Assembly (NCBI GenBank): GCA_965261735.1
Contig: OZ253470.1
Location: 896,001 to 960,000, forward strand
DNA from: Alphaproteobacteria bacterium
GTDB lineage: Bacteria > Pseudomonadota > Alphaproteobacteria > SHVV01
Direction of reading: 5' to 3'
Length of the DNA: 64,000 nucleotides
Below, one piece after another: positions 33,360 through 44,140 of the stretch. Position 1 is the first letter of the stretch. The number at the start of each line of letters is the position of its first letter. Under the pieces are notes generated by a model. It made no database searches. It worked only from the letters and a program-made list of their open reading frames with translations, and had not been told where the DNA came from. Both the position numbers and the translations under genes were made by a program.

Positions 33360-34922
33360 ATGGCCGACATCGTGATCATCAATCCGCGCTTCGAGGTCTC
33401 GTACTGGGGCCTAGAGCATGCGATGCCGATCTTCGGCAAACGCGCCAACATGCCCGTCGGGTGCCTGCCGCTGCTGGCCGCGCTCACGCCGGAACCGCAC
33501 ACCGTTACGCTGATCGACGAGAACGTCGAGCCGATCGATTTCGAGCGCTGCGCGCGCGCGGACATCGTTGGCGTCACCGGGATGATCGTGCAGCGCGCCC
33601 GCATGCGCGCCGTCCTCGAAGAACTCAAGCGGCGTGGCGCCTTCACGGTCGTCGGAGGGCCTTGGGTCTCGGTGTCCGAGGACTATTTCGGAGACCTCGC
33701 CGACGTCGTCTTCGTCGGCGAGGCCGAGGAAACCTGGCCCTGCTTCCTCGCCGCGTGGCAGCAAGGTGAGCATGAGGCGCGCTACGCCCAGGCCGGCAAG
33801 ACCGACATGTCGCGCGTACCGGTACCGCGCTTCGATCTGCTGAAGATGGGGCGCTATGCGTTCGGCAGCCTCCAGTTCTCGCGCGGTTGCCCGTTCCGTT
33901 GCGAGTTCTGCGACATCATCGTGATCTACGGCCGCCGCCCGCGCATCAAGACCACGGCCCAGATCATCGCCGAGCTCGAAGCGCTGCTGCGCGAGGGCGT
34001 GCGTGTGGCCTTCATCGTCGATGACAACCTGGTCGGCAACAAAAAAGCCATCAAGGACGTGCTGCGCGAGGTCATCGCCTGGCAGGAGAGCAATGGCTAT
34101 GCGCCCACCTTTTTCACCGAGGCATCGCTCGATCTTGCCGAGGACGAGGAGCTCATGCGCCGTATGGTCGATGCCAACATCCTCAGCGTCTTCGTCGGCA
34201 TCGAGAGCCCCAACGAGGCATCGCTCATTGAGACCAAGAAGTTCCAGAACGTGCGCGGCGGGGCCACCATGCTCGACAAGGTGCACGCCATCCAGAGCGC
34301 CGGCATGGTCGTGTGGAGCGGCATGATCCTGGGCTTCGACAACGACGATCACACCATCTTCGATGCCCAGCGCCGGTTCATCAAGGAGGCCCGTATCGTC
34401 AGTACGATGATCGGCATGCTGCACGCGATCCCGAAGACGCCGCTGCATGCGCGCCTCGCCCTCGAGGGTCGCCTCGATACTTCCGACGCGCCAGCTTTTG
34501 GCACCAATGTCCTGCCGCTTCGCCTCAGCCGCGAGGCGTTGCACGACGGCTACGTCGATATCCTGCGCGATCTCCACGAGCCCGAGGCCTATTTCGCCCG
34601 GCTCGATGAGCTATGCCTGGGCGGCGGGCTCGGCGAAGACAACGGGCGTCGCCGCTATTGGCGCCAGCATCCCTGGCGGCGCATCGAGGCCAACGCGCTA
34701 CTGCTCGCGCAATCGGCTGTACTGTTCGCGCGATTGATGTTGAAGATTCCGGAAGCGGAGTTACGTCGCGAATACCGCCGCCGGGTGTGGCGCTATGTCA
34801 CCCGGCGAGGCAGCCCGAGCGTCCTCTTTCTCTACGTGCTCCAGTGTGCGATGCACTTCCACGCCCACGTCTTGGCGCGCGAGGTAGCCCGCGGTGAGGC
34901 CGCGGTCACGAACTCGTTCTAG
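33360..34922 (+). CDS. B12-binding radical SAM protein (DUF4070-type)
   Basis: Cobalamin domain (VVGGP); [13 protein letters not shown]; FIVDDN; FTEAS. Confidence 0.9.
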   Translation: MADIVIINPRFEVSYWGLEHAMPIFGKRANMPVGCLPLLAALTPEPHTVTLIDENVEPIDFERCARADIVGVTGMIVQRARMRAVLEELKRRGAFTVVGGPWVSVSEDYFGDLADVVFVGEAEETWPCFLAAWQQGEHEARYAQAGKTDMSRVPVPRFDLLKMGRYAFGSLQFSRGCPFRCEFCDIIVIYGRRPRIKTTAQIIAELEALLREGVRVAFIVDDNLVGNKKAIKDVLREVIAWQESNGYAPTFFTEASLDLAEDEELMRRMVDANILSVFVGIESPNEASLIETKKFQNVRGGATMLDKVHAIQSAGMVVWSGMILGFDNDDHTIFDAQRRFIKEARIVSTMIGMLHAIPKTPLHARLALEGRLDTSDAPAFGTNVLPLRLSREALHDGYVDILRDLHEPEAYFARLDELCLGGGLGEDNGRRRYWRQHPWRRIEANALLLAQSAVLFARLMLKIPEAELRREYRRRVWRYVTRRGSPSVLFLYVLQCAMHFHAHVLAREVARGEAAVTNSF

Positions 34923-36569
34923 GAGCGTGCGCCGTAGAAGTTTTGATGTTGGGCGATTGGCGCGCGGCCGCCGGAGAGGTGGGATTTTGGCCCGAGTGTG
35001 GATATCTGGCCCGCCCGACTCTGGGATGGAAATCCCAGACCGGAAGGCCGGAAGGGAAGAGATTCGCGTTTCATACGCGGTCGATGGGCACTGCGCGCCC
35101 CGGATCAAGTGCGTTGGCAGGCCAGCACCTGCCTCAGCACGTGGCCACCGTCCCCATCCGCTTGATGTTCAACGCCAAGCACACGAGGTCCCACTCGCCG
35201 CGCACCTTCGCCAAGCCTCGCAGGCTGAATCGTCGGAATCCGAGCACCTCCTTGATCCACCCGTTCGGCGCCTCCGAGAGCCACTTGCGTTGCGCGTACC
35301 GGGCTTTGCCCGCGGGGCTCGCCAGTTTCTCACCCATGCGGTGCGTGGCAGGGAGCCGGGCCGGGTCGACCGCCACCTGGGACTTGCCTTCACGCCCCAG
35401 CGCTACGTGCGCGTCGATGCCGCGATCTTCCAGCTCCAACAGATCCGGCTCGTTGCAGTAGCCCGCATCGGCCAGTACCACCGCAGGCTCGACCCCAAAC
35501 GTCTCGTTGATCTCGTCGAGCATCCCCACCAGCTGACCCTGGTCGCTGGCCTGTGGCCCCACCTGAGTCGCGACGATGATCTGGTGCTCCCCATCGACCG
35601 CCATCTGCGCGTTGTAGCACTGCTGGAACCCCTCGCTGCTGGTCTTCATGATCTGGCTCTCGGGATCGGTGAAATTGCTCTGCGCCTTCGGCTCGGGCTC
35701 GCCGTAGGCCCGCTTGTAAGGCCGCCCGCCCCGGGGATTGCGGTCCTGCCCCGGCTCGCGCCCGCGCTCATCGTCGCGCCCGCGTTGCGCCGCCTCCAAA
35801 CGCGCTTTGGCTGCCTGGATCGCCGCCAGGCGCTTCTCCCTGCGTTGCAACTCCTCGGGCAACTCGTCGCCCCGGAAATCCTCGCCCCAACGCTCGTCTT
35901 CTTCGGCGTCCACCATCCCCGCCGTCGTCAGCAGCGCCTCGATCTCCGCCTGCAAGCGAGCCGCCTCTTTGCCCATCCGCTCATAGCTCATCGCCTTGCG
36001 CTTGCTCGCGTTCGCTCGCACCTTCGTCCCGTCGACCGAGAGCTTGCCGAACCGCGCCAGTCCCATCTCGCGCGCCACCTGCACCACCCCCACAAACAGC
36101 TCGCTGAACTCCGCCAGATGTCGGCGTCGGAACTCACATACCGTGCGATGTTGCGGGAAGTTGCCCGCCGCGAGCATCCTAAACGCTACATCCTCCTCCA
36201 GCTTCCTCGCCACCGCGCGCGAGGAGAATGTGCCCGTCGCGTAGGCATAGATCAGCACCTTGACCATCATCGACGGCTCGTAGGGGGCGTTGCGTCGACC
36301 GTCCCCCTCGTAGGGCGCATAGAACGCCGTCAAGTCCAGTGCATCGACCACATCGCTGACGTGATGAGCCAGGTGCCCTGGGGAAACCCACTCCTGCAAG
36401 TCCGGCGGCAAAAGCAAGGGTTGGTCCGGCTGGTAGGCACGAAACGTGGTCGGCATCGGGAGTTCCCACACGCAACTGGCGTATCGGATCATACTTCCCC
36501 CTGCGCAAATCCACCCACAACCCGTCCGCTATCAACTTTGCCGCGCGGACCTTTCTGCGGCGCACGCTC
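34923..36569 (-). mobile_element. IS1182-family element
   Basis: TIR GAGCGTGCGCCG(T/C)AGAA; CTAG duplicated at 34919-34922 and 36570-36573. Confidence 0.9.
35134..36456 (-). CDS. IS1182 transposase
   Basis: PYEPSMMVKVLIYAY, VDGTKVRANAS, TDPES, LADAGY, GFRRFSLRG. Confidence 0.93.
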   Translation of the reverse strand: MPTTFRAYQPDQPLLLPPDLQEWVSPGHLAHHVSDVVDALDLTAFYAPYEGDGRRNAPYEPSMMVKVLIYAYATGTFSSRAVARKLEEDVAFRMLAAGNFPQHRTVCEFRRRHLAEFSELFVGVVQVAREMGLARFGKLSVDGTKVRANASKRKAMSYERMGKEAARLQAEIEALLTTAGMVDAEEDERWGEDFRGDELPEELQRREKRLAAIQAAKARLEAAQRGRDDERGREPGQDRNPRGGRPYKRAYGEPEPKAQSNFTDPESQIMKTSSEGFQQCYNAQMAVDGEHQIIVATQVGPQASDQGQLVGMLDEINETFGVEPAVVLADAGYCNEPDLLELEDRGIDAHVALGREGKSQVAVDPARLPATHRMGEKLASPAGKARYAQRKWLSEAPNGWIKEVLGFRRFSLRGLAKVRGEWDLVCLALNIKRMGTVATC

Positions 36570-36633
36570 CTAGGGCGGCGAAACAGTTTGACTGGCAGCG
36601 CGGCCCCAAACCTTGTGTCGGCCAAATAGGCCC

Positions 36634-37390
36634 CTACATGGCCCGCACTTCGGTGAGGAAGGTGTCGACCTCGTGGCGCAGAACGTCGGACTGCTGAAAT
36701 AGCTTGTCCGCTGACTCGAGCACCTGACCCGCCGACTGGCCGGTCTGGTCGGCCGCGGAGGCCACCGTCGTGATCGTGGCGTTCACGTCTTCGGTGCTCT
36801 GTGCGGCCTGTTGGACGTTGCGAGCGATCTCCTGGGTCGCTGTCAGCTGGGCCTCAACTGACGAGGAGATCGCGGCAGCGATGTCGCTAATCTCGCCGAT
36901 CGTCCCGGAAATGCCCTTGATCGCGTGCACCGGACCGGTCGTCGAGGTCCGGATCGAGTCGGCTTGAGAGGCGATCTCCTCGGCCGCCTTCGTGGTCTGC
37001 TCGGCGAGGTTCTTAACTTCCGAGGCGACCACGGCGAGCCCTTACCCGCGTCTCCGGCGCGCGCCGCCTCGATGGTCGCGTTCAGGGCGAGCAGGTTGGT
37101 CTGGCTCGCGACATCGTTGATGAGGCCAACCACCTCTCCGATCTTCTCGGCAGCGTGGGCCAATCCTTCCACCGTGGCATTGGTGCGATCGGTCTCGTCG
37201 ACCGCGCGCATAGCGATCTCGGTCGACTGGCTAACTTGCGCCCGATCTCTTCGATCGAGCGTGACATTTCCTCGGCCGCCGCCGCCACCGTCTGCACGTT
37301 GGTGGAGGCTTGCCTCGACGCCGAGGCGACGCTCGCCGCCTGCTGACTGGTTTGCTCCGCTGTTTCCGACATGCCTTCGCCGCACTCGCC
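36634..37390 (-). pseudogene. Methyl-accepting chemotaxis protein C-terminal fragment with multiple frameshifts
   Basis: [22 protein letters not shown] / [13 protein letters not shown] spread over three frames. Confidence 0.9.
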
Positions 37391-37429
37391 TCAAGGTTGA
37401 GTGCGGTCGTGAGCCCGCCGCATCCTCGT

Positions 37430-37932
37430 CAGTCCGCCGGATGTGCCGCCAGGCGCGACATCAACCGGATCATGAAGGCGATGGCATCGCGGTAGCCCCG
37501 GACCTAAGTACTCGTTGGGCGCGTGCTTGTTTCCCGAGTGGCCGAGGGTCGTTGCGATCCACGGCATGCCGAGCGTCTCTATGAAATGGTAACTGCCGAT
37601 CGCCGTAGCGGTACGCGGCCAGATTTCCGGGTCGTGCCCCATCTCGCGGTAGGTCTCGAGGAGCGCCTTCACCGCCCAATTGTCGGGTGCCATGGCGCCG
37701 CCGCGATAGCCGTTCAGGACCTCGATTTCGACCTCCGCGAACCCGTTGGCATCGAGATGGCGGCGCATCACGTCGACGAGATGATCAACCGTCATGCCAT
37801 CGAGAGGTCGGATATCGACGCTCGCCACGGCGGCGTTGGGCAGCTCGACCTTGTGGCCGCCCTCGATCACGGTGCCGCCCGAGATGCCGGAGACGTTGAT
37901 TTCCGTTTCGAAGCAGTAGGCGTATAACGCCC
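37430..37932 (-). pseudogene. M20-family peptidase C-terminal fragment
   Basis: CFETEINVSGISGG...LPNAAVASVDIR...HAPNEY; no N-terminus. Confidence 0.7.
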
Positions 37933-38616
37933 CCCCTCGTTCAGCAGTCCGGGCGCCAATCGCTCATAGACAATATCGTTGGTGTAGCGACCAATCACCG
38001 ACGGGCGTTTTATGGCATAGGTGCTCGGCCAGCCTTTAAGCCTGCATATCTCCTCGTAGAATTCATATGGGAAAGTCTTAGTCCATGGCTGAAGTTCCTT
38101 GGCGATGAACCGTTCCAGGATCGTGGCAAGCGCGGTCCTCGCGCGGATATCTTGGTAGCCCGTAGCCTCATCAATAAGGCCGATGATGCCGATTATACCA
38201 AGCCCCTTGCGAACGATGCGGGCACGCTCGGCAATGTGGAGTTGAGAGGGGAGAAGGGCTCCGGCTCTGTAGGCTTCTTCGTACACATCACAGACTTCTG
38301 GAAGGAGTTCTGCGCGATAGCCGTAAGCGACCGGGCCTCGGGAAGGAGCCTGAAAGGCGATGGGGGTTGACGCCGTCACTAAGGCGTTGGGAACAAATGG
38401 GCTTAGGTTGGATGCGGCCAGAAAAACCGGAAGGTTGACGCCGTCACTTTGTTGATGCCGTTTTAATGTCCTGTGGCGTCCAAGGGCCGATTGGAATCCC
38501 CCCCTGCTTAGCACGCGCGACTCATCTTCCAAAACATAGCAGTCGATCTTAATGTCACCGATGATCAGGGGCCGGTCAGCCGCACCGGCAATGACTTTTA
38601 GGGCCTTCTTGCTCAT
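37933..38616 (-). pseudogene. P63C-domain phage-type protein (IS passenger), 3'-truncated
   Basis: IDCYVLED..RVLS; GIIGLIDEATGYQ; PWTKTFP; NDIVYERLAPG. Confidence 0.8.
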
Positions 38617-39497
38617 GATTTAACTCCCAATCCACGGTTGATGGTCGCGAAGGTGTCGAAGGGGTCGGCCTTGCGCAGGTTGTAGCGGTAGCAGAACTCA
38701 TCGACATACCGTTGCAGGTGGCGACGGCTGACGCTGTGGAACTGGCCGAACATGCCGCGCTTCAACAGAGCCCAAAACCCCTCGATGGTGTTTGTGTGAA
38801 TGTCGCCGTCCACGTACCAGTCAGCGTGCTTGATGACGGCGTGCGGCAGCACCTTCGCCATGCCGAGGTATGCTTTGTACTCGTCCGTTATCAGGCTCGC
38901 CTTTGATGTGTCGATGCGATCCCGCACAAAGGCACGCATGTGCCTGCCCTTCATCTTGTCCTTAGCAACGGCCTTTGCCGTGACATTGCCGCCACGTTCG
39001 ACCGCGCCAATCACTGGAGCCTTCTTGGTGCCGCGTCCAGGCTTGTGCTTGCCGCCATCGCCATCGCCCTTAGTGCCCTTGCGCGGCTTTCCGCCGACAT
39101 AGGTTTCGTCCATCTCGATGATGCCGGTAAGCAGGCTTCGCTGTTCGGCTTGGGTCATAGCCTTACGAATCTGCATCGTGATCCTCCAAGCCGTGTTCTT
39201 ATTAACGGAGAGATCGCGGGATAGTTGAAGCGCTGACAGACCCTTCTTGGCGTTCAGCATCAACATGACCGCTAGGAACCACTTTTGCAGCGGCATATGC
39301 GTGTGGTGAAAGATCGTGCCTACCGTAACGCTAAACGAGGTCTTGCAGTCGTAGCAGCGATGACGGTGCTGGTTGCGTGCGGTATTGAGCGACCCGCAGT
39401 ATGGGCAACTCGGCTTGTCGCCCCAGCGAGCCGCCTCAAGATGAGCGATGCAATCTTGTTGTGTGGGGAACCGCTCGAAAACCTGTATGATGTTCAT
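38613..39497 (-). CDS. IS1595-family transposase (distinct from copies 1 and 2)
   Basis: CPYCGS..CYDC, EMDETYVGGK, ITDE, HTNTIEGFW, YVDEFCYRYN; end-like CTTAAACTAGGAAATTCC to 39592. Confidence 0.92.
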   Translation of the reverse strand: MNIIQVFERFPTQQDCIAHLEAARWGDKPSCPYCGSLNTARNQHRHRCYDCKTSFSVTVGTIFHHTHMPLQKWFLAVMLMLNAKKGLSALQLSRDLSVNKNTAWRITMQIRKAMTQAEQRSLLTGIIEMDETYVGGKPRKGTKGDGDGGKHKPGRGTKKAPVIGAVERGGNVTAKAVAKDKMKGRHMRAFVRDRIDTSKASLITDEYKAYLGMAKVLPHAVIKHADWYVDGDIHTNTIEGFWALLKRGMFGQFHSVSRRHLQRYVDEFCYRYNLRKADPFDTFATINRGLGVKS

Positions 39498-39592
39498 GGC
39501 ATTCCGCTTCCGTTCGAGCCGTATCAATCTCTAGACAAGATCAATATGGCCCTGGCGGGGCGGAATGTCAAGACCTTAAACTAGGAAATTCC

Positions 39593-40756
39593 GTCCTTGA
39601 TAGTGCGACCCGCGTGGCGATCACCCATGCGCCCTCTAAAACGAGGCTGAGGGTTATCGGAAGCAACGGCAAAACTGCCATGGGTTTGGTTGGGTGCCCA
39701 TGGGCGATTGCAGATGAGCCAGGCGCTTGGGAAACCAATGGCGGCGCTCTGCTTAACGACGCGATCCAAACGGCTATGGGCAAGCCGGGATCGCCAATGC
39801 GGGCGGTTTACATTGGCACGCTGGCCCCGAGCGTGGCGGGTTGGTGGCACGATCTTATAGCGGGCGGCTCGCGCAAAAGTACGTACGTTCAGGCCCTCCG
39901 AGGCGACCCGAAGAAGTGGGATCAGTGGTCCACGATTAGGCGATGCAATCCGCTCGCGGAAATCGCGCCAGCGTTTCGAAAGTAGCTCTTGGAAGAGCGC
40001 GACGAGGCCAAGCGCGATACCCGGCTCAAGGCCCGGTTCCTGTCCTACCGCTTGAACATCCCAACAGGCGATGAAACTACGATGCTTCTAAGCACCGAGG
40101 ACTGGGAACGCTCAAACGCGCGCCCGGTGGCTCCGCGCTCGGGCCGCCCCATTGTTGGTGTTGACCTTGGCGGCGGCCGGGCGTGGTCGGCGGCCGTGGC
40201 CCTTTGGCGATCCGGTCGAGTTGAGGCCATAGCAGTGGCGCCGGGCATTCCGACGATCGAGGAACAAGAGCGCCGTGATCGCGTGCCACGCGGGCTATAC
40301 CGAAAGCTTGCGCAGCAGTCCGGCGCTTTGGTCGTCGCCGAGGGGCTGCGGGTTCAGCCGCCTGGCCAGGTGGTTAGGGCCATTCTGGAGAGGTGGGGGC
40401 AACCCGAGGTCGTCGTCTGCGACCGCTTCAGACTGGCGGAGTTGCAGGATGTGTCTCCGAGGGGCGTTCCGATCTTACCGAGGGTGGCGAGGTGGTCAGA
40501 GGCCTCTGAGGATGTTAGGGCTTTGCGCAAGATGGCCGCCGATGGCCCGCTCGCCTGCGAGGCTGCCAGTCGTTCGCTGCTAACCGCCAGTCTGGCGGCT
40601 GCAACCGTCAAGAGCGACGATCAAGGGTCTGTTCGGCTAGTCAAAAGCACTAATAACACGGCCAGAGACGACGTTGCAGCGGCCCTGGTGCTTGCCGCTG
40701 GCGAAGCCGCGCGCCGCGACGCCCACCCTCCACGGCCTTTGCGGTGGGCCGCGTAA
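39593..40756 (+). pseudogene. Phage terminase large subunit, 5'-truncated, internal TAG at 39983-39985
   Basis: AIADEPG Walker B; RRCNP; FLSYRLN; VGVDLGG; RDDVAAAL nuclease motifs. Confidence 0.75.
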
Positions 40757-40846
40757 GGGCCGGCAGGCCCCCTCCCCTGGCCAGCAAACCGGCCCAAAGC
40801 ACCCCTGAGGTCACGCGCCGCGCCCGCACTGGCCAGCACGCCCTTT

Positions 40847-40886
40847 GCTGACACCACGCTGACACGGCCTCCCGACCGGTGTCAGC
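40847..40886. repeat. GCTGACAC x2 direct plus 1 inverted; candidate integrase arm-type sites
   Basis: Copies at 40847-40854 and 40858-40865, inverse at 40879-40886, 50-90 bp from the tRNA 3' end. Confidence 0.5.
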
Positions 40887-40936
40887 GCCGGCCCCCCCTG
40901 ACCTCATCTAAACTACTGTTTTGCATGAGAAAAACT

Positions 40937-41012
<76 letters not shown>

Positions 41013-41137
41013 GACGCCGGCGAATCGGGAGAGTGACGCCTGTCGCTACTGGAACCGGTGTCGACCCCGAAGCCTGCCACCTTCTAGGGCCTGGGCCGAG
41101 CCACTACAAGGCGTTTCTTGATCTGGCCCCGGGGCCC

Positions 41138-42301
41138 TCACGGCTCGGTCACCGCCGGATGGCGCGGGATGTGCACGTCGCGGTGGATGTGGCTGCTGAT
41201 CACGAAGCCGAAGCCGATCAGGATCGTCACCATCGCAGTGCCGCCGTAGGAAACCAGCGGCAGCGGTACGCCGACCACGGGGATCAGCCCCATGACCATG
41301 GCGATGTTGATAAAGACGTAGATGAAGAAGGTCGCCGCCGCCCCGGCACAGAGCAGGCGCGCAAAGTGGCTGCGTGCCCGGAGCGCGATCACCATGGCGT
41401 AGGCGAGCGCGAGGACATACAGCGACAGCAGCGCCAAGCCGCCGGCGAGGCCGAACTCCTCCGCCAGCACGGTGAAGATGAAGTCCGTCTGCTTCTCCGG
41501 GAGGAAGTTCAAGTGGCTCTGGGTGCCCTGCATGAAGCCCTTGCCGACGAGGCCGCCCGAGCCGAGTGCGATCTTCGACTGAATGATGTGGTAGCCGGCG
41601 CCGAGGGCGTCGCGCTCGGGATCGAAGAACGTGTAGATGCGGTCCTTCTGATAGTCGTGCAGGTATTGCCACAGGAAAGGCACGCTCGCGACCACCGCGA
41701 GCAGCGCCGCCGCGAACGTCCACAACCGGATCCCCGCGAGAAACAGGATGGCGGCACCACCGAACACGATCAGGATGGCCGTGCCCAGGTCGGGCTGGCG
41801 CAGAACCAGGGCGGCCGGCGCCGCGATCATGGCGATCGGTACCAGCAGCCACCGGACGCCCCTTATCTGCTCCAGCGTGAGTCCGTGAAAGTAGCGGGCG
41901 AGCGCGAGCACGAGGGCAATCTTCATGATCTCGGAGGGCTGTAGCTGAAAGGCGCCGAGATCGAGCCAGCGCTGCGCCCCCTGATCGCTGCGGCCGACGA
42001 ACTCGACCGCGATCAGGAGTGCCAGCGAGCCGGCATAAACGAGATAGGCGCCACGGTGCCACAGGCGGATGTCCGACAGCGCGACGGCGAACATGAGGAG
42101 GACGGCGACGGCGAAGCGCAGCAGCTGGCGCGTGACCCACGTGTCGGTCACGCCGTCGGCCACCGAGAACAGCATCGCCAGCCCGACAGCGGCCATGGCG
42201 AAGATGAGGACGATCAGGGGCCACGGCAGGTTGCGGAACTTGCGCCCGAGCGTGAGCTCGACCTTGTGCAACCCGGTGCCGGAGTCGACCGCCATTCTCA
42301 A
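41138..42301 (-). CDS. rodA: Rod shape-determining protein RodA
   Basis: GAQRW, QPSE, QPDLGT, FLPEKQTDFIF, SYGGT. Confidence 0.95.
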   Translation of the reverse strand: MRMAVDSGTGLHKVELTLGRKFRNLPWPLIVLIFAMAAVGLAMLFSVADGVTDTWVTRQLLRFAVAVLLMFAVALSDIRLWHRGAYLVYAGSLALLIAVEFVGRSDQGAQRWLDLGAFQLQPSEIMKIALVLALARYFHGLTLEQIRGVRWLLVPIAMIAAPAALVLRQPDLGTAILIVFGGAAILFLAGIRLWTFAAALLAVVASVPFLWQYLHDYQKDRIYTFFDPERDALGAGYHIIQSKIALGSGGLVGKGFMQGTQSHLNFLPEKQTDFIFTVLAEEFGLAGGLALLSLYVLALAYAMVIALRARSHFARLLCAGAAATFFIYVFINIAMVMGLIPVVGVPLPLVSYGGTAMVTILIGFGFVISSHIHRDVHIPRHPAVTEP

Positions 42302-44139
42302 CCCGCGCGCGCCGCGGAATCATAAGGCGGCCGCTCCAGGGCGCCGCGCAGCCGGATCTCGTTGAAGATGTCACGCGCTATGGGCGCCGCGGTCCGGGCG
42401 CCCGAGCCGCCATGTTCGACGACGACAGCGACCGCATAGCGCGGCGAATCGGCAGGCGCGTAGGCGACGAACGAGGCGTGGTCACGCTCTTCGCGCGGCA
42501 CCTCGGCGGTGCGGCGCAGGCCGCGCCGGCGGTTGGCCATGGTGATTCGCCTCACCTGGGAGGTCCCGGTCTTGCCGGCAATACGGAAGTCGTCGTCGTC
42601 GATACGCGAGCGATAGGCGGTGCCGCGTTGACTGTTGCTGACGCGGACCATGGCGCGATGCACGAGAGCGATCGAGCCCTCCGACACACCGAGCGGCGGG
42701 ACCGTCTCCTCCGCGTCGGCGCCGCGAACGAGCCGCGGGCGGATCGCCTTGCCGCCGTTGGCGATACGCGCCACCATCACCGCAAGTTGCAGCGGCGTGG
42801 TCAGCACGTAGCCTTGGCCGATTCCGGTGTTCAGCGTCTCGCCCTGCTGCCACGGCCGGCCCAATGCTGCGCGCTTCCAGGCCACGGTCGGCATCAAGCC
42901 CGCCTTCTCGGCCGGCAGTTCGATCCCGAGCTTGGCGCCGAGGCCGAAGCGGCGCGCCATCGCCGCAATGCGATCGACACCCGTACGCTTGGCGACGTCG
43001 AAGAAGAACACGTCGCAGCTCTGCTCGATCGCCGGCACCAACCTCATCAGGCCGTGACCGCCGCGCTTCCAGCAATGAAACGTCCGATTGCCGAGCCTCG
43101 TCTCGCCGGTACAGCGAGCGCTGTGTTCGCTCGATATGGCGCCGCTCTCGAGCGCCGCCAGGGCCACCACCATCTTAAAGGTCGATCCGGGGGGATACTG
43201 ACCCGCGACCGCCCGGTTGACGAGGGGATGGCGAGGATCGGCGGCGAGCGAACGCCACTCCTGCTGGGTGAGGCCGACGTTGAAGGCATTGGGATCGAAT
43301 GTCGGAACCGAGGCCATCGCCAGCACGTCGCCATTGTGGACGTCGAGCACGACGCCGGCCGCGCTCTCGCCCTCGAGCCGCCGCATGACGTATTCCTGGA
43401 GCGCGGCATCGATGGTCAGCGTGAGGTCGGCCCCGGGTTGGCCGTCACGCCTGCTGAGCTCGCGGATCACGCGGCCATACGCGTTGACCTCCACCCGACT
43501 ACTGCCGGCCTTGCCGCGCAGGCTGAGATCATAGACCTTCTCGATTCCGCTCTTGCCGACGCGAAAGCCGGGTAGCTCGAGCAGCGGATCGGCCGAGGTG
43601 TCTTCCTCCGACACCGCGGCGACGTAGCCGACGATGTGGGCGAACGGTGCGCCCCGAGGGTAGTAACGCGTTTCGCCAACGTCGGACTGCACGCCGGGTA
43701 GATCGGGGCTGTGCATGTTGATGCGCGAAAACTGACTCCACGTCAGGTTCTCGGTCACCGAGATCGGAACGAACCCGCGCTTGCGCTTGGCCTCGCGCAG
43801 GATGCGCCGACGTTCGTGGTCGGCCACGGGGATGTGCCGGCCGAGCCGCGCCAGGGTCTCCTCGACGCTCCCGGTCTGCTCCGGGATCAGCACCACGCGG
43901 TAGTTGCGCTCGTTACCCGCGACCTCGACGCCGTGGCGGTCGAGGATGCGCCCGCGCAGCGGCGGCAGGAGCCGAAGATTGATGCGGTTCTCCTCGGCCA
44001 GCATCTTGTACTGGTCGGCCTCGACAACCTGCAGGTAGTACATGCGCCCGGCGAGCACGGCGAACAGCGCAAGCTGGCCACCGCCCAGCAGCGCCGCGCG
44101 CCGTGTGAACGCCTTCGATCGATCGGCGTGGCGGCGCAC
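42298..44139 (-). CDS. mrdA: Penicillin-binding protein 2
   Basis: PGSTFK, SCD, GKTGT. Confidence 0.95.
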   Translation of the reverse strand: MRRHADRSKAFTRRAALLGGGQLALFAVLAGRMYYLQVVEADQYKMLAEENRINLRLLPPLRGRILDRHGVEVAGNERNYRVVLIPEQTGSVEETLARLGRHIPVADHERRRILREAKRKRGFVPISVTENLTWSQFSRINMHSPDLPGVQSDVGETRYYPRGAPFAHIVGYVAAVSEEDTSADPLLELPGFRVGKSGIEKVYDLSLRGKAGSSRVEVNAYGRVIRELSRRDGQPGADLTLTIDAALQEYVMRRLEGESAAGVVLDVHNGDVLAMASVPTFDPNAFNVGLTQQEWRSLAADPRHPLVNRAVAGQYPPGSTFKMVVALAALESGAISSEHSARCTGETRLGNRTFHCWKRGGHGLMRLVPAIEQSCDVFFFDVAKRTGVDRIAAMARRFGLGAKLGIELPAEKAGLMPTVAWKRAALGRPWQQGETLNTGIGQGYVLTTPLQLAVMVARIANGGKAIRPRLVRGADAEETVPPLGVSEGSIALVHRAMVRVSNSQRGTAYRSRIDDDDFRIAGKTGTSQVRRITMANRRRGLRRTAEVPREERDHASFVAYAPADSPRYAVAVVVEHGGSGARTAAPIARDIFNEIRLRGALERPPYDSAARAG

Positions 44140-44140
44140 G

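Noticed and set aside
37919-37931. Palindrome GGCGTATAACGCC as the missing IS1595 TIR
   Set aside because: It does not match the end at 39575-39592 and reads in frame as M20 coding sequence (ALYAYCFE).
39983-39985. Terminase TAG as pyrrolysine or an alternative genetic code
   Set aside because: The gene is already truncated by an IS, and TAG is used as a normal stop throughout the window.
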